Source: Octopus vulgaris
Lineage: Eukaryota
Assembly: GCA_951406725.2 (NCBI GenBank)
Contig: OX597836.1
Span: 8,990,001-9,054,000 of the forward strand
Length of the DNA stretch: 64,000 nucleotides
Direction: 5' to 3'
Below the pieces are notes generated by a model. It had not been told where the DNA came from. It was given only the letters and a program-made list of their open reading frames with translations, and searched no databases. Below, piece by piece: positions 37,449 through 51,530 of this stretch. The translations under genes and the position numbers were made by a program. How positions within the stretch are numbered: the stretch's first letter is position 1; every line of letters begins with the position of its first letter.

Positions 37449-38496
37449 ATGTATGTATGTATGTATGTATGTATGTATGTATGTATGCATGTATGTATGT
37501 ATGTATGTATGTATGTACGTATGTATGTGTGTGTGTGTATATAAATGAATGTCTCCATATAGCTTTGTATGTTTGTGTGCATGTATGGATGGATATAGGT
37601 ATATTCTTTCTTTTTACTCTTTTACTTGTTTCAGTCATTTGACTAGGTGCCACGCAGTGGGACTGAACCCGGAACCATGTGGTTGGTAAGCAAGCTACTT
37701 ACCACACAGCCACTCCTGCACCTATATATATAACTTATAACTATATATCTTTTATGCCTGTCTACGTCTACCATGCTCTCGTTCTATGTGTTCTATCAAT
37801 GCTCTATCTCTATTTTCTCTGAGTTATTTGTCCTCTCTTTCTATATCTGGATTCTTCGATTTCTGTCGCGTCTTTGTTCTATGTGTAGTCTATCACAGAT
37901 CAATATGAAGGAGCGTGGTCTTGCAGTTCGGGAGTGTGGTCTTGCCTTCATGATCACTAGACGATGGATCAAATCGAGGACCGAGCGGCGCGTTGTATTC
38001 TTGAGCCAAACACTTTATTTCACGTCGCTCCAGGCCACTCACCTGTAAATGAGTAACTCTGCAACGGACTAGCGTCCCGTCCAGGGGTATGTTGCAATGT
38101 CGCTCATTTGGAAAATGGGTAACTAACACCATGAATCCGGGAACAGGGGACAGTCCTTTACTCTTTTACCTAGATGTTGGATGACCGTTGACTCAACTGA
38201 ATTCATCTTTCTTTTGATAGGTTTTGTTTTTCGTCCAATGAAAACCGCCCTCGTTTCCAAGCAGATTCGGTAGGATTACCAGTTTATCCGACCATGTGAC
38301 AAGTTGTACTGGGTTACATGTTACCAGCAGCACTAAAAACGACCTTACATACTTACACACACACACATACACGTACGCACACACACATGCACATACACAC
38401 ATACGCGCGTCTGTTCTAAATCTACCAATGTGCAGATTTTCCAACCATCCAGCTTCTCCGTCGACTGTTCCTGGAAGTGTCATGGAGGTAGAGCCC

Positions 38497-39133
38497 TCAA
38501 GCATGTCGTCCTTCATCGATCACCTGTCCTAAGTACTTTATTTTTGTCGAGAGAAATGCACATTTATCCTCCCTTACTTTGAACCCGTATTCACTTATTC
38601 GTTTGAAAGCCTCTTCTATATGTTCAATATGTTGGTCCCTTGATTCACTTTTGATCAATATGTCATCCAAGTATGAGACCGCGAACTCACAATCTGCTAG
38701 CATAGAATCCATTACTTGCTGAAATATTGCTGGTGCGACCTTTACTCCAAATGGTAGTCTTTTGAAATGGTACAGACCTTTATGAGTATTGATTGTTTAT
38801 ATTTTAGCACATTCTTCATCTCCCAGTAATTGGAATTAGGCTTCTGACAAATCCAGCTTGGAAAAAATTTTCCCACCATTGCACTTAGCAAATATTTCTT
38901 CCGGGTTTGGAAGCGGATAATTGTAATTTTTTTAAACAATCATTAAGACCAGCTGAGAAGTCCACACATACTCTTACCTCGTTGTTCTTCTTTTTTATAT
39001 ATACCGTAACAGCCGCCCACTCAGGGTAGTCTACTTTTTCAATTACTTCCATGTCTTCCAATCTTTTTAATTCCTTCACAATTTGATTTAACGCCGCAAA
39101 AGGTACATTCCTTTTCGGTTTGAACACCGGCAC
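38497..39133 (-). mobile_element. Ty3/gypsy reverse-transcriptase remnant
   Basis: PVFKPKRNVPFA...VIEKVDYPEWAAVTVYIKKKNNEVRVCVDFSAGLN and MDSMLADCEFAVSYLDDILIKS...FKVREDKCAFLSTKIKYLGQVID (YLDD motif); frameshifted. Confidence 0.9.
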
Positions 39134-39139
39134 CGATTA

Positions 39140-39690
39140 GAAGCAACCGTCATTGAATTTTCCTGCTGGATTCTCAAATATGACCAACGGAGACTACGGA
39201 CGTTATCCACCCATTTTGATCCTGACCTACACTCTAAGTCTCCTGCCAGTTGGCTCAACTTTAAGAATCCTATTTCTTTACTACCCACAAGGGGCTAAAC
39301 ACAGAGAGGACAAACAAGGACAGACAAACGGAATAAGTCGATTATATCGACCCCAGTACGTAACTGGTACTTAATTTATCGACCCCGAAAGGATGAAAGG
39401 CAAAGTCGACCTCGGCGGAATTTGAACTCAGAACGTAACGGCAGACGAAATACGGCTACGCATTTCGCCCGGCGTGTTAACGTTTCTGCCAGCTCGCCAC
39501 CTTTTATCAACTTTAAGAATCCGTCTTGCGATTCCTTCCTGCAACATTCTAATCACGTCTACAGCACCAGAACTGTGACTTCTCAATGCAGAAAAGTAGC
39601 GGCTCGACGTGGAGAGACTCCCTGATCTCCGAGCTACGAACCGTATCGGGTAACGTTACTCCAAGAATCTTTCGAAGGTATTTCTTGATC
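39140..39690 (-). mobile_element. RTE-clade LINE 3' remnant, interrupted by a SINE
   Basis: KYLRKILGVTLPDTVRSSEIRESLHVEPLLFCIEKSQF matches the RTE C-terminal LR.I.GV...D.VRS..IR..L.VEPL...IE..QL.W pattern. Confidence 0.65.
39271..39506 (-). mobile_element. tRNA-derived SINE family B with 16-bp target-site duplication
   Basis: Head ggcgagctggcagaaacgttaac...gagttcaaattccgcc (A/B boxes). TSD tcaactttaagaatcc at 39255-39270 and 39507-39522. Confidence 0.95.
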
Positions 39691-39898
39691 CATGGATTCG
39701 CAATCGGATTCTTTCCATCGTTATACTGCGACTTAATCGTCAAATTGTAGCTACATTAAACGTCAAATCTTTCATTATTTTCCTCCTTCGCATCATGCAC
39801 CATATATTTACGACCATATGTTTCTACGACTATATAACGGATCCAACCGATTATTCGTTCGTTATACCTCTTAGTCATGGGCTCATTGTGGTGTGAGT

Positions 39899-39951
<53 letters not shown>

Positions 39952-40201
39952 TATATATATATATATATACATACGTGTGTGTGTGTTAGTGTGTGTATGC
40001 TGTTGTGTGTTGTGCTATTACACGAACCTAAAACCTCTTCGCTGATTACCTAGTACCCGACTGACACGGCGACTTGCACTCTTCATGTGTTCGTGAGCGC
40101 TTGTGTGTGTGTGTGTGTGTGCGTGTGTGTGTATGTGTATGTGTGTGTGAGTGTGTGTGTGTGTTTGTGCATTTATGTTGAATCAAATAAACAGGTCTGT
40201 T

Positions 40202-40246
<45 letters not shown>

Positions 40247-40764
40247 TTGTATATATATATATTTGTGTGTATATATATATATATATATGTATGTATTTTT
40301 AATGAAGTGAAATAAATACTATTTCAGTAGACGCTTTTTTTTTATAAAATATCTTGTTTTTATTCGAAGCTGTCATGTGCATCTGCCCGTGGCGATACAT
40401 TGTGTATTTTATAGTGTTGTTGAAAACCATATTCCAAGCATGATTTCAGTTTTATAAACTGTGTTTATTATGTGAGTTGTTGGGGGAGGACGACGTGCTT
40501 AACTTAGTCACCGAATTCTTAGTCTATTAGTAACAGCCTACATTTGTCGACATCATGTATATACACATGCACACGCACACACAGACATATATTTGTAGTA
40601 AAGAAATAAGAATGGACAGCTCAAATTTCGCATGGACTGCTTTATGAACCAGTTGAGAGATTGGAATATCTATTTATTCCTTTGAAGTATCCTGTTAGCC
40701 CAACGTGCGTGAAGGTGCTTCAAAATTTTAATTGCTACGATCTTTTTTATCCCGATTACATAAT

Positions 40765-40827
<63 letters not shown>

Positions 40828-40892
40828 TGTAACCACATGTGAATCGTTGGCGAGTTTCTTCCTCCGTCTTTCCTTCTACTGGACTTTCCTCT

Positions 40893-40928
40893 GTTTCCGA
40901 AGAAGAGCACCTGCACGAAACGCTAAAC
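40893..40928 (+). ncRNA. Decayed minimal hammerhead, same family as 15800-15835
   Basis: GUUU-CCGAAGA-A-GAGC-ACCU-GCAC-GAAAC-GCU-AAAC, about three substitutions from canonical. The downstream flank is homologous to 15840-15930 and to the reverse complement of 47160-47243. Confidence 0.5.
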
Positions 40929-41022
40929 CATCTTTCTTTTCTTCCCTGAGCGTCTGCTAATACTTTACATGTACCACATCCCCACGTTGTTGTTTTCTTT
41001 TGTATTTGTTCTTTATAAGATT

Positions 41023-41067
<45 letters not shown>

Positions 41068-41225
41068 AAGAATATGAAGGGTTTAGTTCACTGGTGCTGT
41101 AAACGAATAGGTACGGTGAGTAAGTGCTAAATTAGTCATCCGTTAGGCTCCAATTTCACAGCTGAGGCCGGAGCTAGAGATCAATATTAAACTTCTGTGT
41201 TAGCAGGTATATATGAGACGAAAAG

Positions 41226-41497
41226 AACAACAAAAACCAAGGTAGGATGAACATCTCAAGTCATTTATAGGAATTTAACTAGGGTCAGCTAATTTGAAGT
41301 CATACAGCTGCTTCTAGGATATCCCAAGTGATAGGTTAGCATATCCGTACACTGGGTATCACAGAATACCCAGTGTACGGACACGCTAGCCTATCACTTG
41401 GGATATCCCAGAAATAGCTGTAGGACTTCAAATTCACTTTACCCTAAGTTATAATAAATGACTTGAGATACTCGTCTTGCCTTGATTTTTTGTTGTC
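41226..41497. repeat. Long imperfect inverted repeat (two ~135-bp arms, 6-nt loop at 41360-41365)
   Basis: atctcaagtcatttat...ggatatcccaagtgatagg...tccgtacactgggtat is mirrored by atacccagtgtacgga...cctatcacttgggatatcc...ataaatgacttgagat. Confidence 0.95.
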
Positions 41498-41500
41498 CTC

Positions 41501-41561
<61 letters not shown>

Positions 41562-41666
41562 GTGTGTGTGTGTGTATATGTGTGTGTGTATATATATATG
41601 TGTGTGTGTGTATATATATATATGTGTGTGTGTGTATATATGTATGTGTATGTATATGTGTGTGTG

Positions 41667-41699
<33 letters not shown>

Positions 41700-41702
41700 A
41701 TA

Positions 41703-42083
41703 TGCGCAGGGGTGGCTGTGTGGTAAGTAGATTGCTTACCAATCACATGATCCCTGTTTCTGTCCCACTGCGTGGCACCTTGGGCAAGTGTCTTCTACTA
41801 AGCCTCGGGCCGACCAAAGTCTTGTGAGTGGATTTTGGAAGACAGAAACTGAAAGAAGCCTGTCGTATATATGAATGTGTGTGTATATGTTTGTGCGTCT
41901 GTCCCCCCGCCATCGCTCGACAACCGATGCTGGTGTGTTTACGTCCCAGTAACCTAGCGGTTCGGTAAAAGAACCAATAGAATAAATACTAGGCTCGCAA
42001 AAAAATAAGTCCTGGGGTCGATTTGTTCGACTAAAGGCGGTGCTCCAGCATGGCCGCAGTCAAATGACTGAAACAAGTAAAAG
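41703..42083 (+). mobile_element. tRNA-derived SINE family A (CORE-like segment, internal TA/CA microsatellite), full-length
   Basis: Head tgcgcaggggtggctgtgtggtaag, CORE-like gcaccttgggcaagtgtctt, tail gactgaaacaagtaaaag. More than 15 copies in the window. Confidence 0.9.
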
Positions 42084-42661
42084 ACAGACAGACAAACAGA
42101 CAGTCAGACACACAGACAGTCAGTCAGACAGACAGTCAGACAGACAGTTAGGCAGACAGACAGACAGATAGATAGACAGACAGATATACAAATATGTATG
42201 TATATATAAATGTGGGTTGAAGCACCTTTTTATCCACAAAGTCCTCATGAGAATCGACGACATTGTTGCTATGACTCAGACAGAAGCGAAAGCAAAGAGC
42301 AAAGAGCAAATTTTTGGCAAGTACGGATATGTATATCGGACATATAATCTGCACGCAGGTAAAAGACCGCTTAGAGACGTATAGAATTACGTAGACGGAA
42401 ACGCGTCACATGCGATCACAGTTTCGCACACGCGCGTAGGCATGCATACACAATGAATACATAAATACAAATATTCATACATACATATATATATACATCC
42501 ATGATGGCTGCAAACTAGCGTTCGAGTATCGCAATCACGTGATCGAAAGCTCCACACATGCGAAGGCTACGACCAGCCATTTTTGTGATAGGGAGGTCTT
42601 ACTCTTTTTCAAGCGATGCCTGGGCATTATGATTTGCTTTTTTAATATATATATATATATA

Positions 42662-42903
42662 AATGCGCCCGTTTTAAAGCCTAGCCAGGCTCATGGGCCC
42701 GGTTTCAATGTCGTATGTGTTCCCCAGCTGGTCGGGACGCCAGTCCATCGCAGCGTTACTCATTTTTGCCAGCTGGGGTGGACCGGAGCAACGTGAAATG
42801 AAGTGTTTTGCTCAAGAACAAAACGCGTCGCCCGGTCCAGGAATCGAAACCACAATCTTACGATCATGATGCTGACACCCTAACCACTGAGCCACGCGCC
42901 TCC
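42662..42903 (-). mobile_element. tRNA-derived SINE family E; diverged relatives at 32925-33200, 37905-38150, 49030-49308
   Basis: Head ggaggcgcgtggctcagtggttagg...ggtttcgattcc, CORE-like ttcttgagcaaaacactt. Confidence 0.85.
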
Positions 42904-42929
42904 ACATTATATAATATAAGTTTACAAAT

Positions 42930-44175
42930 AGGACGGAACCTAATCCATTTGATGAATTCATAACAGAACCAATTTACTATAATAAACACTTAAGTGTCGG
43001 TAAAGAGGCAATATTTTTCCTGCGTGGTTTGAGAGAGGTGTTAGCAAGATTCGTGACTTTACCAATTTAGATGGATCTTACCGTACCCTAGACGAATTCT
43101 AGAATTTATTTAAACTAGACACAAATTTTCTCCAGCATAATGGGCTTATCAGAGCGATTAGAAACTACCAAATAAAATTAAAAATAAGCAAACCTACTGC
43201 TTTCCAACATTTAGAGGATAATGCAACTATCCGAAAGCCCATGTCTGTTAGGAAAGGAGCCAAACGATACTGCTACGTTTTAAACAATGTTGAGACTTGT
43301 TTAATATTCGAACACAAATGGGAAGAGTGTATGCTTGCTAAACTGGGGTGGAAAAAATATTTTTACTACCTATGAAGACAACAACAGATGCTAAATTACG
43401 ATGGTTCCAGTTTGGAATTATACACAATATTTTAGCCACTAATTCTCTATTCTTCAAAATTAAACTGATCGAAAGCAACCTGTGCACTTTTTGTCAATGT
43501 GAAATGGAGACGGTGTCACACCTTTTCTGGTATTATGAATGTGTATAGGTCTTCTGGCAACGCTTCTTAGATTTGCTGTATGAAAAGTGTATACATGTTC
43601 GCAACATGAAACTTGACCCACATCTCATTCTATTTGATTTGAAAAAAAAAACACACACACACACACATATGCGGATAGCATCTTTGATCTTCTAACATTA
43701 TCAGCAAAATATTTGTTTATATAAAAGCAAAGTGATAAAGGACACTCTCAGCTTCAAACATTTTAGATACTTTGTGCACGACAGATATTTAATTGAAAAA
43801 AATAAACAGATCATACAATGAAATAAAGCAAGAAGAATTTTATAAAAAAATGGAGGTTCTACCTTGAGTCTGTAAACACGTGGTAGTCCTCTAGCATTAC
43901 TTCTTGTAGAACTGTATTAAAAGTTTATGGGTGATTGACGAATTAATATGTAGTAGTGTGTACTCTATTTTATTTTATTCTATTTGTTTTTATTCATCCT
44001 TCTCTCTCTCTTCTCTTTGTTATTTATTTATTTTTATTTTTGTTGCTTTCACATTTTTTTTATCTTCAAAAAAAAAGGTCTTGTTCTCCATTTGTTTTAT
44101 ACAAGACTTCACGGTCCCCTGGCCGTGCTGTTTCAAATTATAACAGGGAAAAACTAGAAATAAAAAAAGAATTAT
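42930..44175 (+). mobile_element. 5'-truncated L1/Tx1-type LINE remnant (zinc-finger C-terminus of ORF2 plus 3' UTR)
   Basis: TTDAKLRWFQFGIIHNILATNSLFFKIKLIESNLCTFCQCEMETVSHLFW is the zf-RVT pattern; stops and frameshifts present; A-rich end near 44150-44180. Confidence 0.85.
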
Positions 44176-44811
44176 AAAAAAGAATTATATTAAAGCCATA
44201 TCTCCATTTTCTTAATATTCTTTTATACATATATATATAATTCTTTTACTTGCTTCAGTCAATTGATGCGGCCATGCTGGGGCAAAATGCTGATCGTTCA
44301 TGCGTCGTCTTCGACGGGAGAGTCCATCATATGTATATATCAATAATGAAGGTTACTTCGTCTGTCTTTACGTTCTGAGTTCAAATTCCGCCGAGGTCGA
44401 CTTCGCCTTTCATCCTGTCGGGGTGGATAAATTAAGTGCCAGTTGAGTACTGGGGTAGATCTAATTGACTGGCCCCTCCCCAAAAATTTCGGGCCTTGTA
44501 CCTAGAGCAAAAAAGAATAATGAAGGATACTACTTCATTATTTGGTAGACGGAAACTGAAAGAAGCTTGTCGTATATGTATATATATGTATATGTGTGTA
44601 TATATTTGTGAGTCTGTGTTTGTCCCCCCAACATCGCTTGACAACCGATGCTGGTGTGTTTAAATCCCCGTAACTTAGCGGTCCGGCAGAGACCGATAGA
44701 ATAAGTACTAGGCTTACAATGAATAAGTCCTTGGGTCGATTTGCTCGACTAAAGGCGGTGCTCCAACATGGCCGCAGTCAAATGACTGAAACAAGTAAAA
44801 GAGTAAAAGCG

Positions 44812-45054
44812 TATAGAGGCTGGCCCAAAAGTAGGTTTACAGTTATTCAACTATTTCTTTCGCATTCATATATTAACAGTTTAGATCTTAATTATAAATA
44901 AAAATATGAAACCATTATTCTTTGCTAATTTAGTTAATTTTGTCAAGCTCCATCTTCAGTGTGTAAGAGAATTTTAAATGTAATAAAATGTTTTAAAAGA
45001 AATTGAAAGTACCTATGTGATTGCTGTAAACCTACTTTCGGGCCAGCCAGTGTA
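44812..45054. mobile_element. Tc1/mariner-type MITE
   Basis: TIRs ggctggcccaaaagtaggtttacag / ctgtaaacctactttcgggccagcc, AT-rich interior, TA flanks. Confidence 0.8.
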
Positions 45055-45072
45055 TATATATATATATATATA

Positions 45073-45363
45073 TTGTTTGTTTGTTCCTTCTCGAGCCACG
45101 CCTGGCTCATTAGGGCCGGTTTTCTTGGAGTATAGGTTCCCCACCTAGACAGGACGCCGGTCCGTCGCAGGTGAGCTGCAAGATGCAGGAGGAAAGAGTG
45201 AGAGAAAGTTGTGGCGAAAGAGTCAACAGAAGTTCACCATTACCTGCTGCCGCAGCCGCGTGGAGCTTAGGTGTTTTCACTCATAAACACACACATCGCC
45301 CGGTCTGAGATTTGAACCCGCGATCCCTCGATCGCTGCTCTAACCACTAGACCATGTGCCTCC
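45073..45363 (-). mobile_element. SINE family C
   Basis: Reverse complement of 9673-9983. Confidence 0.9.
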
Positions 45364-45744
45364 ACACACACACACACGCACGCACACATATATATATATA
45401 TATATATTTGTTTATATAAACACATATAGATATACAAGCCTGTGTGAGCACCTCGCCTTCTCTATGCAATTACCGAACGTATTTTCGTTTTAATTTAATA
45501 TTTTCAGTTCATTGGTCCTTACTAGTAACAATTGGTTCCCCACAAGTCGCGCGCACACACACATACACACACACACACACACACGAATGCATACTCGCTC
45601 TTCTACATACGCGCACTCGCACAACATTGACACACTTCGCTGTTTCCTGGCAACGCAACTGCATTAAACTGCTTCATTCTACGTGTGAGGTTGTCTTAAT
45701 CGCTCTGGACTGATCCCTTGGTCCTTGCTATATTAGCTATGGTC

Positions 45745-46362
<618 letters not shown>

Positions 46363-46593
46363 GTAATTCTACGTTGGTACAGATGTACCAATAACCTGTT
46401 GTGGCTATCAGCATACTTATAATGTATTGTAGATGTTAATTAAACAAGGAAAAGTTTGGCACTGACTTCAAAGCTTCGGCTTGCTCACCTTGAGGAGATG
46501 TCTTGTACTAGAGTCTTGAGCAGACCACAGGAATTGCACTTCCCAAACTTCGTAGCCCTTTTTTAAGACCATTTAAAAAATATCCTCTCTCCC

Positions 46594-46643
<50 letters not shown>

Positions 46644-46644
46644 A

Positions 46645-46684
<40 letters not shown>

Positions 46685-47097
46685 CTCGCTGATCCCTCTC
46701 TCTAAGACTGGAAATTTTGGTGCTGGAACAACTGAGGTTATAAGCTTTCTGAATAGTCTATACAAGAGCATAAACCCCTCTCCGTTGACTTGGTTTTCAG
46801 ACTTATACTCAAAGAACCTTACTGTACAAGGTGCTGCTGAAAAGCTCCTGGCTTTAAGGGCATCACGAAAGGCTTGCTTGGATACGCAACCTTCCGATTT
46901 CTTTTACAGGGCTTAGAAAAACTGAAGGACGGCTGCAATGAGGGTGTGAATCTGAGAGAAGAATATGTTGAATAAAATCATAATTAACTGATCCGTTATT
47001 TTCTTTTACCCAAAACCAAGGGTAAAACACACATACACACACATATATATATATTTATATACATACATATATATATATACATACATATATACATATG

Positions 47098-47140
<43 letters not shown>

Positions 47141-47277
47141 ACATACATTAATAAAAAAACGAAGAAAAAACACAAGCAGAAAACAACAACGCGAGTACGT
47201 GGTACATGCAAAGTATTAAAAGACGCTCAGGGAAGGAAAGAAATATATATATAGATAGATACACACACACACACACA

Positions 47278-47496
47278 CACGAGAGGGTACTGGAAAGTTC
47301 TTGGCTTTAAGGGTATCGCGAAAAGCTTGCTTGGGAACCCAACCTTTCATGTTCTTTTACTAGGCTTAGAAAAACTGAAGGACCCCTGCAATAAGTGTGT
47401 GAATCTAAGAGAAGGAATATGTTGAACAAAATCCTAATTAACTGATCCTCCTGTATTTTATTTTATTCAAAGCCAATAACTTTTCAGCACCCCATA
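47278..47496 (+). mobile_element. Mariner-derived MITE copy
   Basis: Homologous (reverse complement) to 52378-52590, with degenerate TIRs. Confidence 0.75.
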
Positions 47497-47721
47497 GTAA
47501 ATCGATACCCTAAGATGTGAGCTGTTCACTTCATTGTAGATAAGTAATGTGAGATATGAAGAATCTATCTAGCAACGAGTTTGTAGCGTTTGAAGGTTGG
47601 ACAAAACACCTTTCGGCATTTGTCTATTGCAGTTTTCTTTGGTGCTATGTCTTTTCGTCCGACGTCTCTTCGTCAAATGCCTTTTCGTACACGACTTTTG
47701 GTTCGACGTCCTTTTGTCCAA

Positions 47722-48117
47722 TCTCTCTATATATAAAGCTGAAGTTGTCTGTGTTTGGCAGGTTTGGTAGCCTTCAACTAACACTATCTCCTCCGAGACC
47801 CTGCGGCGCAAGTGAACCAAAATTGAGAGTATGATAGAAGAAGACTTGCTCTTCCTTCCGTAGAAGAAAACATTCAAATCGGACCATGTTAACACCAAAA
47901 ATTATTTACATCAAAAAGGTGCTTTTTTTTCTATGAAAATCCCGATTTTTTACGATTTTTTTTACTGCTGTGTCGCCGTTTTTTACGGTGTATTTCAACC
48001 AGAAAAATGTTCACTTAAAGAGAATAACAAGCTACATAATGCAAAATTTTTACTTTTCAAAAATTCCAATTCTAAAGGGTCGAAACAAACCCGAGCAACG
48101 CCGGGCGATATTGCTAG
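47722..48117 (+). mobile_element. Non-autonomous Helitron
   Basis: 5' TC(tctctatatata), subterminal hairpin cccg-agcaacgc-cggg, 3' CTAG, inserted between A and T with no TSD. Confidence 0.75.
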
Positions 48118-48149
48118 TTTAAAATCAACTCGGAAGAATATTATAAACT

Positions 48150-48325
48150 TGATAATGACGAACAGTTTCTGAGATACGATTCGGGTATCGAGGATCGACT
48201 TTACTTACTAGTACTTGCATTAAAAAGTGCTCTACAGGATGTAGCACCATATCGTCATTGAGCATGTTATGGAACGTTCAAAATTGTCCCAGAACAATGG
48301 TTTCAACTGTTTAGCATTCATTCTT
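48150..48325 (+). mobile_element. MULE (Mutator-like) transposase remnant
   Basis: EQFLRYDSGIEDRLYLLVLA...H*ACYGTFKIVPEQWFQLFSIH matches the MULE FL.YDSG...DGTFK..P..F.QL..IH pattern. Confidence 0.75.
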
Positions 48326-48661
48326 ACAACTGAGATAAAAAAACAAATTATAAGACATTAAAAAACATCAATACTCCCCCCCATCCATCCATTCACCTTC
48401 TCCGCGTACTATTCCTGGGAGATCGTGAGAGTAGAGTCCTTAGGCGCCTCCTTCAGAGGGTCCTATCAGAAGTGAGATTCATTACCCTTTCTGGCTGGAT
48501 TTTCGAGTGTGACCAATTGAGACCATGGATATTAATTACTCAGTCATATCGTTCGTGGCCTGCCCCTAGTTTTCCTGCTGGTCGTGAGTACAGAGTCCCC
48601 AGGCGCCCCCTCTATAAAGCCCCATCTGAAGCGACCTTCATTACCCTCTCCGGACTCATGC

Positions 48662-48708
<47 letters not shown>

Positions 48709-48814
48709 TACATACGTGCATACAAACAAGCATACATACATGCATACATATACAAAGAGAGAGGGAGAGAGAGAGCTTTCTATATCTACTCTCATGCTAC
48801 CTTCACGCTTAAAT

Positions 48815-48881
<67 letters not shown>

Positions 48882-48906
48882 AATCACACGCACTATCTCT
48901 CTCTCC

Positions 48907-48995
<89 letters not shown>

Positions 48996-49754
48996 AATAA
49001 TCACAGACCTACAAATTTGGCCCTTCTCGCGAAATTTGCGTGCAACTGGCTGAGCACTCCACAGACACGAGTTCCCTTAACGTAGTTCTCGGGGGAGACT
49101 CAGCGTGACACAGAATGTGACAAGGCTGGGCCCATTTGAATTACAGGTACTAACTCATTCTTTTTTTTTTTTTTCGCCAGTTAAGTAAAATGGATCAACA
49201 TGAAAAAAATAAGTGTCTTGGTTAAAGACAAAACGCGCTGCCGTGAATCGAACTCACACCCCTACGATCGCGAGCTGAATACCCTAACCACCCAGCCACG
49301 CACCTTCACAAACAACACATCACAGCATCAACAGAAAAAAAAACGAAAACATCATCTTTTCTTTCGTTCTCTCCGTTTTCAATTTGTGTTTTTGTTTGTT
49401 TTTTTATTATTTTCCTACTCATTATTTTCTTTCGTTTCTTTTTTTTTTATATATATTTCGTTTGCAAAGTTGTTTTCCCTTTTCTTTTTTTCTTCTAAAT
49501 TCTTCGCTTTTTTTTAAAGAGGATTAACCCATCCCCTCCTTCCTACCACCACCACCACCACCTCACCTACATCACCCCTACTCCACCACCACCACCATCT
49601 CGATTCTCTTCTCTTCTCATCAACAAGCCGCAATTTTCAGCTATTTTCTACTTCTTCTTTCTCCTACCCCAGCAGACATTCTCAGCCCTTCGTAAACACT
49701 TACTCCGCCTGCTTTCTTTTATTCTCTCCCCTACTCCTCTCTCTCACTCTCTCT

Positions 49755-49778
49755 TTCTATCTATCTGTCTGTCTATCA

Positions 49779-49816
<38 letters not shown>

Positions 49817-49825
49817 GTCTATCTG

Positions 49826-49868
<43 letters not shown>

Positions 49869-49875
49869 GACTATC

Positions 49876-49934
<59 letters not shown>

Positions 49935-50045
49935 ATATCTATCTATCTATCTCTCTATCTATCTATCTATCTATCTATCTACCTCTCTATCTGTATATTT
50001 ATCTATCTACCTATATATCTATCTGTCTGTCTATCTATCTATCTC
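49755..50045. repeat. (TATC)n microsatellite
   Basis: Direct inspection. Confidence 0.95.
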
Positions 50046-50184
50046 TCATTCTCACTCTGTCTCTCAATCTCCCTCCCTCCCCCCTCTCTCTCTCGCTCTG
50101 TATCTTTCTTCCTCGTAAATTATTAGCTTCATTCTCACATTCATTATTGCTTATGTTCGTATTGTTATCGTACTGTTGCTGTCA

Positions 50185-50905
50185 GTGTTATCATCATCAT
50201 CATCATCATCATAATTATAATTATTATTATCATCATCATCATCGTCATTGTTACTGTGGCTGTTGTTGGTGTTGGTAGTGGTGGTGGTGGTGGTGATGGA
50301 AGTGGTGGCAGTGATGAAGGTGGTGCTGGTGGTGGTAGTGGTGGTGGTGGTGGCAGCGGTGTTGGTGACGCAGGTGGTGCTGGTGGTAGTGGTGGTGGTG
50401 GTGGTGGTGGTGGTGGTGGTGGTGGCGGCAGTGTTTTCACTACTATTGTTGTTATTGCTATTGCAGTTGTTTTTCTGTTTTTTGGTTTTTGCCTCCCAAT
50501 TAATCTTGCTCTTGTTTTTCTGTTTTCTAGAATCTTCATCTTCTTCTTCTTCTTTTCATTCGTCTACATCTTCTTCACCTTCTCCTTTTTTCTCTTCTTC
50601 TTCTTCTACTTTTTCTTCTTCTTTTTGTTCTTCTTCTTCTTCGTCGCCTTCTTCTTCTCTTTCCTCTCCTTCTTCTTCTTCTTCTTCTTCTTCGCCTTCT
50701 TCTCCTTCTTCTTCTTTTTGTTCTTCCTTCTTCTTTTTGTTCTTCTTTTTGTTCTTCTTCTTCGTCGCCTTCTTCTTCTCTTTCCTCTCCTTCTTCTTCT
50801 TCTTCTTCGCCTTCTTCTTTTCTTTCGTCTCCTTCTTCTTCTTCTTCTTCTTCTTCTTCTTCTTCTTCTTCTACTACTACTACTACTACTGCTACTACTA
50901 CTACT
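50185..50905. repeat. Compound trinucleotide tract (CAT/GGT/CTT/CTA)
   Basis: Direct inspection. Confidence 0.95.
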
Positions 50906-51169
50906 TTACGTTCTTTGTTTTCGTCTCCATCTTCTTTCCTGTTTTCCTTCCTATTAAAGCGATCGACCCCCACCCTTCACCCTTCACACGCAACCTTACC
51001 CCCACCCACACCCACACCCTCACCCTCGCCCTTCCCGTCCGCCATACTTCTGACACATGTCGCATGTTCGTTTAGTGAGATGAAACCTCGACGAATCAGT
51101 TCGTAGATCAAATCCAGGACAACGGAGGTGTACACATGTATGTCTGCATGGGAAATTGTCAGTATATGC

Positions 51170-51226
<57 letters not shown>

Positions 51227-51477
51227 TGTGTGTTTATTTATATTGTTCATACTATACATGTTTGTATGTATATATATATATATATATATGTATGTATGCA
51301 TAAATACATATATATATATATGCATATATATATATACATATATACATATATACGTATAATGTATGTATATATACATATGTTTATCCATATATAATGTGTA
51401 AATATTTATGTAAGAATATGCATGTATATACGTCGATATATATATATATATATATATACATACATTTGTGTGTAAGC

Positions 51478-51530
<53 letters not shown>

